NCBI GenBank assembly: GCA_964546295.1
Contig: CAZJJJ010000001.1
Coordinates: forward strand, 1-35,574
DNA from: an uncultured Methanosarcinales archaeon
Lineage (GTDB): Archaea > Nanobdellota > Nanobdellia > Woesearchaeales > CAZJJJ01
Direction of reading: 5' to 3'
DNA length: 35,574 bases
Shown: in pieces, positions 22,756 to 31,888 of the stretch
How the letters are laid out: each line of letters opens with the position of its first letter
Numbering within the stretch: position 1 is the stretch's first letter
Notes under the pieces: generated by a model
The model's input: the letters and a program-made list of their open reading frames with translations, nothing else
The model's database searches: none
What the model was told of the DNA's origin: nothing
Made by a program: the position numbers and the translations under genes

Positions 22756-24789
22756 TCATATTTTAGAGATATGATCACGTTTCGGTTCGTATATGTCCCC
22801 CGATCTCTTAAGCTTCTCAATGGAATCGACGATGTTGTCCTCACCTATTCCCTTTTCTTTACCTAGCTTTATTATCTCCTTAACAGGTATTGTCTTTCCT
22901 ACTTCCTTCTCCAACTCTGTTATAATGTTCTTTATCTGAGTAATGCTGGATCTTTCTGAAGCAGAGACATTAGATGTTATCCTATCAAGATCAATCTTAC
23001 CTGTCTTTGGATCCATTCCCATCTGAGTCAATGAATAATGGACAAGGTCAATCGCTTTCTTTGCGTCTTTTGCTGTAACACTTTCTGATAACCTTATCTT
23101 CGCAGAAGCCTCACTAAGCCTTATCAGACCTTCAAGCTGCCTCGCAGATATCGGTATTGATTTAACACCATCCTCTTCGGAGCCAGAACCTCTCATCTTC
23201 ACATAGTATGATTGTATCTCTTCTATGGCTTCTTCTGTCAGCACAGGTTTGATAGATTGAGAATAGGCTATGTATTTCCTTAAGAATTCCGTGCTCAGTT
23301 CCTGTTTGCTCTTTTTATCTAATGTGTGCTCCTTATGCCTGTTTAATATGAATCCTGCAAGCTCAGAATCCTTATCCTTGTTGGGCATGTCTCTGAACGG
23401 AAATATGAGATCAAATCTGTTAAGCAGTGTTGAAGGGAGTTCTATCTGTTTTGCCAGCATCTCATATGGGTCGAATCTTCCCCATTTAGGATTGGCTGCT
23501 GCGAGGACTGTGGTCTCACAAACCAATGTGGCTTGAATGTTCGCCTTGGATATGCTGACAGTCTGCTGCTCAAGCGCTTCATGCATTGCGCTCATGTCTT
23601 CCCGTGTCATCTTATCCAATTCATCTATGAAGACCATACCTTTGTTTGCAAGCACTAGAGCTCCTGCTTCCAAAGACCATCCATTGAGAAACTCATCTTT
23701 CACTACAGCAGCAGTAAGTCCTGCACCTGATGCTCCTTTTCCAGATACAAATTTTCCTTTTGGTGCGATTAGAGACATCCTCTTCAACAATTGAGATTTT
23801 CCAGACCCTGGATCCCCTATCAGAAGTATGTGCATATCGCCTCGTGACGATATATCACCTTTGCGTATCTTCTTCAACCCACCAACCATCTGGAGGATGA
23901 GTGCTTGCTTGATGTAATCATGACCATAAATATTTGGTGCTGCGGATTCCACTATTATCTTCATGAGATTCTTATCATTAGCCAGCTCCCGTATCTCTTC
24001 TATCTCCTCCTCACTGATATTGATCTCAGAGAATTGTTCTTCTATAGTGTGTATATAATTAGCTTCAATCATGATATCAAATCTTGTCGATTGACCCCCT
24101 GTCCTTAGTGTTACAGGTATCTCTTTCATAATGCCAGTTATCATTATCTTTGTTCCTGGGTTTGTCTTCCGCTCTGTCATTGGAGAGACAAGATCCTCTT
24201 TCAACAGTACATTAATCCTCTTAGGCTGTTCTCCCCCTTCCAGAACTTCTGGTGATTCTTCGAGCACCATCCCCTGTGCATCGACAAATGCCTTATGTAT
24301 CAGCCTGAATTTTCCCTTCCTTCCACATCCACAAGTGGAAGGTTCCCTGAATTTCTCATCCAGCTGGGGAACAAATATCTCATGGCCACAAGAAGGACAT
24401 TCGAACTTCGCCATCGTGACTTGAGGACGCACATCAGATTTCTGCCTAACAATCCCATTAAGTTCGACGAATTTGCCAATATGAGTACTTCTTAAGTTCT
24501 TTATCTCTACGACCTGAGATTGCGGAAGATTATAGAACCTTACCCTGAAGTTTTCTACCTTCTTCTTATCCACTGGAAGGTCTATATTCTTCAGAGCCAT
24601 CTCGGCTGCTTTTATCGAATCATCAGGGCTCTCAAGTATAAGCTCTGATAATTCAGGATCATGCCTTGCTATGTCCGAGTGCCTAATGTGAACAAAGAAT
24701 TTTCCCTTGCTTATATTGTTAAGAATCTCAGAATAGTAGTTCTCCTCAAAGAAATCCTGAAACTTATTTATCTGTTCAGCAGCATCCAT
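22756..24789 (-). CDS. mcm: minichromosome maintenance helicase MCM
   Basis: Zinc motif CPSCGHE...CGCG, Walker A GDPGSGKS, Walker B FIDELDKM, arginine finger region LNRFDLIF, and a C-terminal wH. No intein. Track start 24801 is TTG; the ATG at 24789 (MDAAEQINKF...) with GGGGT 5 nt upstream is preferred. Confidence 0.95.
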   Translation of the reverse strand: MDAAEQINKFQDFFEENYYSEILNNISKGKFFVHIRHSDIARHDPELSELILESPDDSIKAAEMALKNIDLPVDKKKVENFRVRFYNLPQSQVVEIKNLRSTHIGKFVELNGIVRQKSDVRPQVTMAKFECPSCGHEIFVPQLDEKFREPSTCGCGRKGKFRLIHKAFVDAQGMVLEESPEVLEGGEQPKRINVLLKEDLVSPMTERKTNPGTKIMITGIMKEIPVTLRTGGQSTRFDIMIEANYIHTIEEQFSEINISEEEIEEIRELANDKNLMKIIVESAAPNIYGHDYIKQALILQMVGGLKKIRKGDISSRGDMHILLIGDPGSGKSQLLKRMSLIAPKGKFVSGKGASGAGLTAAVVKDEFLNGWSLEAGALVLANKGMVFIDELDKMTREDMSAMHEALEQQTVSISKANIQATLVCETTVLAAANPKWGRFDPYEMLAKQIELPSTLLNRFDLIFPFRDMPNKDKDSELAGFILNRHKEHTLDKKSKQELSTEFLRKYIAYSQSIKPVLTEEAIEEIQSYYVKMRGSGSEEDGVKSIPISARQLEGLIRLSEASAKIRLSESVTAKDAKKAIDLVHYSLTQMGMDPKTGKIDLDRITSNVSASERSSITQIKNIITELEKEVGKTIPVKEIIKLGKEKGIGEDNIVDSIEKLKRSGDIYEPKRDHISKI

Positions 24790-24859
24790 CAAACCCCACA
24801 ATGAAAGGTTTCATATTTTGTTTATATATTTTTTCGCAATGTAAGATATAGAGACCTAC

Positions 24860-24879
24860 ACCCCTTCGTTTCCTGTGGA
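24860..24879 (-). promoter_or_regulatory. origin recognition box (ORB), left copy
   Basis: The minus-strand reading is TCCACAGGAAACGAAGGGGT, 18/20 identical to the right copy. It has the TCCA-N2-GGAAAC...GGGG layout of archaeal ORB elements. Confidence 0.7.
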
Positions 24880-24960
24880 GATTTTCATTGAAATTGGGTG
24901 TTCCCTACGTCACTTACATCACGATAATAATTGAATCATTGTCACTTTCTATTATTCTAT

Positions 24961-25100
24961 CATTATATCATCCATCTATTCTTAGCTAAGTTATAGTTAT
25001 TTATTTTATGTTATATCTATTATTTATTATATTATTTTCTATATAGAAAATTATTATTATATTATATTATTTAATTATTCATTGTATTATTATATCAAAC
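24961..25100. other. A+T-rich duplex unwinding element candidate
   Basis: Hand count gives about 18 G/C in 140 nt, and only about 5 G/C in 25001-25080. It consists of ATT/TAT-type simple repeats. Confidence 0.6.
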
Positions 25101-25309
25101 AAAAAATCGTACTTAAACAAGAAAGAGAAAGATAACGAAATATTATTTGATTACAAAGGAAGAGAGAAGGATAACTCAGCTATGGATATAAATAATGATA
25201 TGAATAACAAATATGATTTCGTATATAGATACAGATCTTCACGGACGAAAATGTCATATTCTCGTGTTGTATTTTCTTTTAATGAGAGTCACATGATACA
25301 ATATAACTT

Positions 25310-25329
25310 TCCATAGGAAACAAAGGGGT
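25310..25329 (+). promoter_or_regulatory. origin recognition box (ORB), right copy
   Basis: TCCATAGGAAACAAAGGGGT, inverted relative to the left copy. It lies about 60 nt upstream of the cdc6 ATG, just upstream of a TATA-like aaatttatta (about 25344-25353). Confidence 0.7.
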
Positions 25330-25387
25330 CTCTCTCTACAGAAAAATTTATTAACCTTACCTTCATCTGGAAATTAGGGGGAGTTCA

Positions 25388-26593
25388 ATGGGTGATGATA
25401 TACTAGGTGAATACTTCAAAAAATATATAGCTTCTAATTCGATATTCAAGAACAAGAAGTCCCTTCAATCCTCATATATACCTGATGTTATAGTTCACAG
25501 GGAAGAGGAAATAAGAACGCTTTCTTCAATGCTTGCTCCTGTCTTGAGGAATGAGCTTCCATCAAACATATTCGTATATGGTAAGACAGGTACAGGAAAG
25601 ACTCTTGTGCTGAAGAGGATAAAAAGTGAATTGGAGAATGTTGCCGAAGAGAATAACATAAGCCTCAAGATATTTTATGTGAATTGCAAACTACGGAAGA
25701 TAACCGATACAGAGTATCGTCTGCTTGCTGAATTGTGCAATCTTATAGGTGAAGATGTACCAAGAACGGGTCTTGCCACTAATGAGATATACTCCGTATT
25801 CCAGAAGAAACTTGATAGTAAAGAGACCACTCTTGTGCTCGTTCTTGATGAGATTGATGAGTTGGTGAGGAAGATAGGTGATGACATATTATATAGTCTC
25901 ACTCGTATAAATTCTGAGCTCGAGAGATCACAGATATGTATTGTCGGAATCTCCAATGATATGACATTTGCCAATAATCTTGAGCCAAGAGTTAAGAGTT
26001 CTCTCAATGAGGAAGATGTGACATTCTCACCTTATAATGCCCTTCAGCTTCAGAACATATTGGCTGAAAGATCAGAATTGGCTTTCAATGATGGCTGCAT
26101 AGAAAATGGTGTGATAGAGAAGTGTGCGGCTTATGCCGCACGGGATCATGGTGATGCACGAAGGGCGTTGGATCTGTTGCGAGTGGCAGGAGAGATATGT
26201 GAACGTAATAGTGAGGATAAGATTACCATTGATCATATTGACATATCTGAAAAGAAGATTGAGAAAGATAAGGTTGTGGATATTGTCAAATCACAGCCCA
26301 AGCAGTCCCAGGCAGCATTGTACTCTATATTGTCTGTGACCAATACGGGTGAGATGTTTTTCACAGGAGATATATACGAGGCGTATAAAGCAGTATGCCA
26401 GAGGGTATCTTTGCGTCCTCTTACTATGAGGAGGATTTCTGACATAATCGCAGAGATGGATACTCTTGGCATAATAAATACACAAGTGCTTTCAAAAGGA
26501 AGATATGGTCGTACAAGAAAGATATCATTATCAGTACCACAGGATCTTTTCCCAAAACTGCGAGATATGCTGGGCGAAAGCCTAGGGATGTAA
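25388..26593 (+). CDS. cdc6: Orc1/Cdc6 replication initiator
   Basis: 401 aa. The P(D/E)..VHREEE entry motif, Walker A VYGKTGTGKT, Walker B LVLDEIDEL, sensor residues, and a C-terminal wH (ISDIIAEMDTLGIINTQVLSKGRYGRTRKISL). GGGGGAG lies 5 nt upstream of the ATG. Confidence 0.95.
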   Translation: MGDDILGEYFKKYIASNSIFKNKKSLQSSYIPDVIVHREEEIRTLSSMLAPVLRNELPSNIFVYGKTGTGKTLVLKRIKSELENVAEENNISLKIFYVNCKLRKITDTEYRLLAELCNLIGEDVPRTGLATNEIYSVFQKKLDSKETTLVLVLDEIDELVRKIGDDILYSLTRINSELERSQICIVGISNDMTFANNLEPRVKSSLNEEDVTFSPYNALQLQNILAERSELAFNDGCIENGVIEKCAAYAARDHGDARRALDLLRVAGEICERNSEDKITIDHIDISEKKIEKDKVVDIVKSQPKQSQAALYSILSVTNTGEMFFTGDIYEAYKAVCQRVSLRPLTMRRISDIIAEMDTLGIINTQVLSKGRYGRTRKISLSVPQDLFPKLRDMLGESLGM

Positions 26594-26622
26594 TGTTCGT
26601 CATAATATGAGTGTGTGTTATC

Positions 26623-28224
26623 ATGTCGCAACCAGAACTTAAGAGAAAAATAATAAAGACATTGATGTCTAAGGATATACTTGTTACTGAAGAGATTCTT
26701 GATAGGTTGGATACTGTAGAGACTATGCAAGATAATGCAGCGATATCAAGACTTGAGGATGATAATACATTGATACTTGATGACAATTTCTATGATTCCA
26801 TCAACGGTAAGGACATTGACAAGGACACAGTGAAAGACAAATCTTACGATTGGAATATAACAGAGCTTCCAAAGAAAGATGAACATAAGAATATATCAAA
26901 TAATGATTCTTATGAACCTGAGAGTATTGAAGAAAGTGATGAAAGTCCTGTAAGGATAAAATATAATTACAAAGGAACACCAAAAAAGAGAGAAGTCTCA
27001 GATTTTGCTCAGCTGTTCAAGAGACGATATTATTCTATCATGAAAATATTGCGTTCTAGAAAAGAGATGGATGGGATACTTTCTATTTCTCGATTATCCT
27101 CGAAGACACAGAAAGAGTCTGTCGCTTTCATCGGCATGGTAAGTGACAAATCTGAGACAGCTAATGGGAATATCATACTAACTATGGAGGATGATACTGA
27201 TCTCATAAGAGTCATAGTGACTAAGAATAACCAAGAGCTCTTTAATTCTGCGAATGATGTAGTGTATGATGAGGTCATAGGTATCACAGGGATGATGGGA
27301 GATAATGTGGTGTTTGCAAACAATATAATCTTTCCTGACGTGCCGTTGAGCAAAGAGCTCAAGAAATCACCAAAGGATGAGTACATACTGTTCATCAGTG
27401 ACCTCCATTTCGGATCAAAATATTTCATGTGGGAGGAATGGAATAAATTCATGAGATGGATTTCTGGAGAGATAGGTAGTGACAAGCACAAAGACATCAT
27501 AAGGAAGATAAAGTATCTTGTGATCGGAGGAGATGTTGTTGAGGGTATTGGGACATATCCCGGGCAAGAGAATGATCTTACTACAAAAGATCTCTATGAG
27601 CAATATGATCTTTTCATGAAAGAGTTGAAGAAATTCCCTAAATGGATGAAGAAGATAATAATACCTGGAAACCACGACGCTGTCAGGATAGCAGACCCAC
27701 AACCACCCATACCTCAAAAATACATGAAGGAAGCTTATGATATGGAAGATGTTTATATGTTAAGTAGCCCCAGTGTCGTCAATGTAGGTGCATGTGATGG
27801 TTTTCATGGTCTGGATCTGCTCCTATATCATGGTTATAGTTTCACTTATTTCGCAGAGACAATACCTTCTATAAGGGATAATGGAGGAATGACTAGAGCA
27901 GATCTCATCTTAAGGTTCTATCTTCAGAGAAGGCATCTTGGTATAACTCACAATTCATTACAGTATGTTCCAGATTCTCATGATGCATTGCTCATATCTG
28001 AAGTGCCCGATGTACTCGTGACAGGCCACATACACAGAACCATGGCTGACATGTATCGTAATGTAACAATATTGAATTGCTCAACATGGCTTTCAATGAC
28101 TGACTATCAAGAAAAAGTGGGTCTTGAACCTCAACCCGCAAGAGCTATACTGATGAGCATGAAGACACGTAAGATCAAGATACTTAATTTCAACAATAAG
28201 GATGATGATAACAAAGAAGGATAA
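26623..28224 (+). CDS. dp1: DNA polymerase II (PolD) small subunit DP1
   Basis: An OB region, then calcineurin-like phosphoesterase motifs: ISDLHFGS, IGGDVVEG, IPGNHD, GHIH. Track start 26611 is GTG; the ATG at 26623 (MSQPELKRK...) is preferred. Confidence 0.93.
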   Translation: MSQPELKRKIIKTLMSKDILVTEEILDRLDTVETMQDNAAISRLEDDNTLILDDNFYDSINGKDIDKDTVKDKSYDWNITELPKKDEHKNISNNDSYEPESIEESDESPVRIKYNYKGTPKKREVSDFAQLFKRRYYSIMKILRSRKEMDGILSISRLSSKTQKESVAFIGMVSDKSETANGNIILTMEDDTDLIRVIVTKNNQELFNSANDVVYDEVIGITGMMGDNVVFANNIIFPDVPLSKELKKSPKDEYILFISDLHFGSKYFMWEEWNKFMRWISGEIGSDKHKDIIRKIKYLVIGGDVVEGIGTYPGQENDLTTKDLYEQYDLFMKELKKFPKWMKKIIIPGNHDAVRIADPQPPIPQKYMKEAYDMEDVYMLSSPSVVNVGACDGFHGLDLLLYHGYSFTYFAETIPSIRDNGGMTRADLILRFYLQRRHLGITHNSLQYVPDSHDALLISEVPDVLVTGHIHRTMADMYRNVTILNCSTWLSMTDYQEKVGLEPQPARAILMSMKTRKIKILNFNNKDDDNKEG

Positions 28225-28251
28225 TTATACAGTCGTGACGAGGGTGATCCA

Positions 28252-31200
28252 TTGGTTAGATGTTCAGACAGCATAAACGATTATTTTGCGAGACTTGACG
28301 ATAGCACCAAGAGGTGCCTCAAGATTGCAAAAGAGGCGCGCGAGAAAGGATACGATCCTGTGAGGGATGTAGAGATAAGAATAGCAAATAGCATGGCTGA
28401 ACGGGTTGTTGGTCTGATATCTGTCGTAGCTCCGCAGCTGGCAGAGACAGAAGATGCTGTGAGACGGATCCAAGAGTTAGAGGAGGAGTATGGGGCTGGT
28501 GATTGGAGGGTTGCTATGAGGATAGCACACGAGATCGCCACTGAAAAATATTGCAAGTTCTCTGATAAGGTCCAGGCCATGGAAGTTGGTATAAGGATGG
28601 GTTTCGCTTATGTCACTGTTGGTGTTGTCAGCTCTCCTTTAGAAGGGTTCACCCATATTGATGTGAAGAAGAGGAGAGATGGGAAAGAGTATTTATGCCT
28701 CAATTATTCAGGCCCTGTAAGGAATGCTGGCGGCACAGCTGCAGCAGTATCCGTCCTGATATCTGATTATGTGAGAAAGAAGATGGGGTACGATGTCTAT
28801 GATCCTACTGAGAACGAGGTGAAGAGGTTCTATGCTGAAGTAATGGATTATCATGAAAGAATAACTAATCTACAATATGTTCCATCAAGAGAGGAACTTG
28901 AGTTCTTATGTCAGAGATTGCCAGTGGAAATAGGTGGTGATCCGACGGAGAAGATTGAGGTATCTAATTTCAAGAATCTCGAGAGGATTCCTACGAACAA
29001 TATCAGAGGAGGGATGTGTCTCATCCTTTCGAGCTGCATTCCATTGAAGGCAAAAAAATTGTGGAAGCAATTATCAAAATGGGGACATGAGATGGACTTG
29101 GAACAATGGGACATCCTTGATGAATTCAACAACATACAGAAGGAGATGAAAGCAAAAGGCGGTGAGAGTGACAAGAAGAAAGAAGAGGATGATAGTAAGA
29201 TAAAACCCGACTATACATACATAGCTGATCTTGTTGCAGGGCGCCCCGTGTTCGGTCACCCATTAAGAGAAGGGGGATTCAGATTGAGATATGGACGATC
29301 GAGATTTTCAGGATTCTCTGCTCAATCTATCCATCCTGCCACAATGGAGGTAATGAACCAATTCATAGCCATAGGCACCCAATGTAAGACAGAACGTCCG
29401 GGGAAGGCCGGAGCGTATTCGTCTTGCGATACGATAGAAGGGCCTATAGTAAAATTATATGATGGGTCTGTAAAACGGATAGATAGCGTGAAAGAGGTGC
29501 GCTCTCTCCGTAATGATATAGAGAAGATCCTATATAATGGGGATGTGTTGATATCTTATGGTGACTTCTTCAATAGGGCGCATAATCTCATACCATCAGG
29601 ATATTGTGAAGAATGGTGGATACAGGAACTATCGCAGTCCATAAAAGAGAAAGATGGAGTTATAGATGTGGGCAGGATATCAAATGTTGTAGAATGTGAT
29701 CCTGGGGAGATACAGGCAATAATCGATGACCCGATGACTGTAAGACCGTCTTTCAATGTCTGCAGGCAATTGTCTTCACACTATGGTTCACCACTACATC
29801 CAAGATTCACTTTCTTCTGGCGATCGATACCACGCGAATCATTATTGGATCTCATTGCTGCAGTCCACAACGGCAAGTCTATATCTGGCGATGATGGCGA
29901 GATCAGGCGCATCATAATACCTCTCGGAAAGGAAAAGGAAACACTGGAACTTTTAGGTGTGCCTCATTACATACAGAATAATGAGTATGTCATCATCGAG
30001 AAGGACTGGGCTGCAGCCTTACACCATTCTTTAGGCATAATAATGAACACATTGCAGGAGACCATAGAGTTCATGGAAAATAATCAGGAGATGGATGTAA
30101 TATCCATCGTCAGCAGTTTGTCTGGAACAACCATAAGAGACAAATCCGGCACTTTCATAGGTGCACGTCTAGGACGTCCGGAGAAGGCAAAACATAGGAA
30201 GCTTCAAGGAAGTCCGCATGTCTTATTTCCAGTCGGTGAAGAAGGAGGGAAAATGCGAAGCTTCCAGGCAGCATTAAAAGTGGGCAAGATAACATCAGAC
30301 TTTCCAATCTTCTATTCTCCTCACACTGGCAAATACACCATATTTTCTGTCTGTGAGGAGACCGACAAGCCGACGCAGAAGATGTATACGACTGATAAGG
30401 GATACATCTCTGAAGAGGAGGGAAAGCAGATAATGGCAGACAATAAGGAAGAGGAAGATCGTAAGAAGCACATAAGAGTGTCCTCATTCATGCGGCAAGA
30501 GATTGACATAAACCATTATTTCAACATGTTCCTCAACAAGCTTGGCACAAAAGTCTATCCTGATCTCATAAAAGGCGTCAAGGGCACATTCTCACGGGAC
30601 CATGTCCCAGAACATCTGATAAAGGGGATATTACGCGCAAAATATAGGCTGTTCGTCAATAAAGATGGTACAATAAGATACGATTGTTCAGAGTTGCCGG
30701 TGACACATTTTAAGCCGAAAGAGATATACGTTTCTGTCGAGAAATTACGAGAAATAGGATACACGATAGACATACACGGAAAAGAGCTTACAGATAAGGA
30801 CCAGATCCTTGAACTCAAACCCCAAGATGTGATAATACCTTGCTGCCCGGATGCTCATGAGGAACCCTCAGACAAGATTGTCTTCAGGACTGGGAAATTC
30901 ATTGATGAGATGCTCGAGAAGCTCTATGGGCTGCCACCTTTCTATAACTTCAGGACAAGAGAGGATATGGTAGGAACTACTATTGTTGGTCTTGCACCGC
31001 ACACAAGTGCAGGCATCATATCTCGCATAGTGGGCTTTTCGAAAAGTCAGGCCTTCTTGGCTCATCCTATGCTCCATGCAGCCATGAGAAGAGATTGTGA
31101 CGGTGACGAATCCTCTTTCTTCCTACTATTGGATGCTTTCCTGAATTTCTCCAAGAAATATCTTCCAACCACAAGAGGTAGTACGATGGACGCTCCGCTT

Positions 31201-31845
31201 GTCATAACCCAAGAGATAATCCCTGCAGAAGTGGATGACATGCTCTTCGACCTTGACACTGCATGGGAATATCCTCTGGAATTCTATGAGGCATCACAAC
31301 AGTACAAGATGCCTTGGGACGTATCCATCGATCAGGTCAATAAGCATCTTGGTACAGAAAGGCAATACGAGGGTTATGGGTTCACGCACGACACGTCCAA
31401 CTATAATTCTGGGGTGCTATGCTCCGCCTATAAGATCCTTCCGAGCATGGAAGAGAAACTACAGAGCCAGATGGAACTCTCAAAGAAGATACGCGCTGTA
31501 GACCCTTCTGATGTCGCTCGTCTGGTCATAGAGAAGCATTTCATGAAAGATCTCAAAGGAAATCTCAGGAAATATTCTATGCAACAGTTCAGATGCGTCA
31601 ATTGCAATGAGAAGTATCGCCGACCACCGATAAAAGGGGTGTGTCCTCATTGCAATGGTAAGATAATATTTACGATATCACAAGGTTCTGTAGGGAAATA
31701 CCTCGAACCATCAATCAGCCTGGCCAAGAGCTTCCATGTCCAGCCTTATCTGAGCCAATCTCTCGAACTTGTCAAGGAGCAGTTCGAATCTATCTTCGGC
31801 AGAGAGAAAGAGGTCCAATCCGGACTTGGTTCATGGTTCACATGA
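28252..31845 (+). CDS. dp2: DNA polymerase II (PolD) large subunit DP2
   Basis: 1197 aa. N-terminal YF..L......IAKEAREKGYDP...VEI..A...AERV, and a C-terminal Zn motif CVNCNEKYRRPP..GVCPHCNGK. No intein. The only plausible start is TTG at 28252, preceded by GAGGGTGATCC (28240-28250), a near-perfect extended anti-16S match. It is in the same frame as dp1, 9 codons after its TAA. Confidence 0.93.
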   Translation: MVRCSDSINDYFARLDDSTKRCLKIAKEAREKGYDPVRDVEIRIANSMAERVVGLISVVAPQLAETEDAVRRIQELEEEYGAGDWRVAMRIAHEIATEKYCKFSDKVQAMEVGIRMGFAYVTVGVVSSPLEGFTHIDVKKRRDGKEYLCLNYSGPVRNAGGTAAAVSVLISDYVRKKMGYDVYDPTENEVKRFYAEVMDYHERITNLQYVPSREELEFLCQRLPVEIGGDPTEKIEVSNFKNLERIPTNNIRGGMCLILSSCIPLKAKKLWKQLSKWGHEMDLEQWDILDEFNNIQKEMKAKGGESDKKKEEDDSKIKPDYTYIADLVAGRPVFGHPLREGGFRLRYGRSRFSGFSAQSIHPATMEVMNQFIAIGTQCKTERPGKAGAYSSCDTIEGPIVKLYDGSVKRIDSVKEVRSLRNDIEKILYNGDVLISYGDFFNRAHNLIPSGYCEEWWIQELSQSIKEKDGVIDVGRISNVVECDPGEIQAIIDDPMTVRPSFNVCRQLSSHYGSPLHPRFTFFWRSIPRESLLDLIAAVHNGKSISGDDGEIRRIIIPLGKEKETLELLGVPHYIQNNEYVIIEKDWAAALHHSLGIIMNTLQETIEFMENNQEMDVISIVSSLSGTTIRDKSGTFIGARLGRPEKAKHRKLQGSPHVLFPVGEEGGKMRSFQAALKVGKITSDFPIFYSPHTGKYTIFSVCEETDKPTQKMYTTDKGYISEEEGKQIMADNKEEEDRKKHIRVSSFMRQEIDINHYFNMFLNKLGTKVYPDLIKGVKGTFSRDHVPEHLIKGILRAKYRLFVNKDGTIRYDCSELPVTHFKPKEIYVSVEKLREIGYTIDIHGKELTDKDQILELKPQDVIIPCCPDAHEEPSDKIVFRTGKFIDEMLEKLYGLPPFYNFRTREDMVGTTIVGLAPHTSAGIISRIVGFSKSQAFLAHPMLHAAMRRDCDGDESSFFLLLDAFLNFSKKYLPTTRGSTMDAPLVITQEIIPAEVDDMLFDLDTAWEYPLEFYEASQQYKMPWDVSIDQVNKHLGTERQYEGYGFTHDTSNYNSGVLCSAYKILPSMEEKLQSQMELSKKIRAVDPSDVARLVIEKHFMKDLKGNLRKYSMQQFRCVNCNEKYRRPPIKGVCPHCNGKIIFTISQGSVGKYLEPSISLAKSFHVQPYLSQSLELVKEQFESIFGREKEVQSGLGSWFT

Positions 31846-31855
31846 CACCAACCTA

Positions 31856-31866
31856 ATATTTAAATA
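31856..31866 (+). promoter_or_regulatory. TATA box of the large surface-protein gene
   Basis: ATATTTAAATA, 23-24 nt upstream of the ATG at 31889. Confidence 0.5.
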
Positions 31867-31888
31867 TGAGATTGACAGATTTCTATAG

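Larger units (their letters stand above)
24802..25387. other. predicted chromosomal replication origin (oriC) between divergent mcm and orc1/cdc6
   Basis: This is the largest non-coding gap in the window. It holds an inverted ORB pair, an extreme A+T tract, and an adjacent orc1/cdc6. See the sub-features below. Confidence 0.75.

Noticed and set aside
25182-25316. 44-aa ORF (MDINNDMNNKYDFVYRYRSSRTKMSYSRVVFSFNESHMIQYNFP) inside the origin region.
   Set aside because: It has a low-complexity AT-driven composition and no promoter or SD. Its stop lies inside the right ORB. It is most likely a chance ORF in AT-rich DNA.
26233-26786. Minus-strand ORFs (165 aa and 120 aa) spanning the cdc6/dp1 junction.
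   Set aside because: They overlap the well-supported 3' end of cdc6 and the 5' end of dp1. No motifs were found, and the composition is typical of antisense reading.
28222-28254. Stop-codon readthrough producing a DP1-DP2 fusion (same frame, 9 codons apart).
   Set aside because: Being in the same frame has a 1-in-3 chance expectation. A strong SD (GAGGGTGATCC) sits directly before the TTG, which argues for independent reinitiation.
22756-31845. Inteins in MCM, Cdc6, RFC or PolD (common in archaea).
   Set aside because: All the proteins have normal lengths with contiguous motifs. No Cys/Ser...HN-Cys/Ser/Thr splice-junction blocks or homing-endonuclease inserts were seen.
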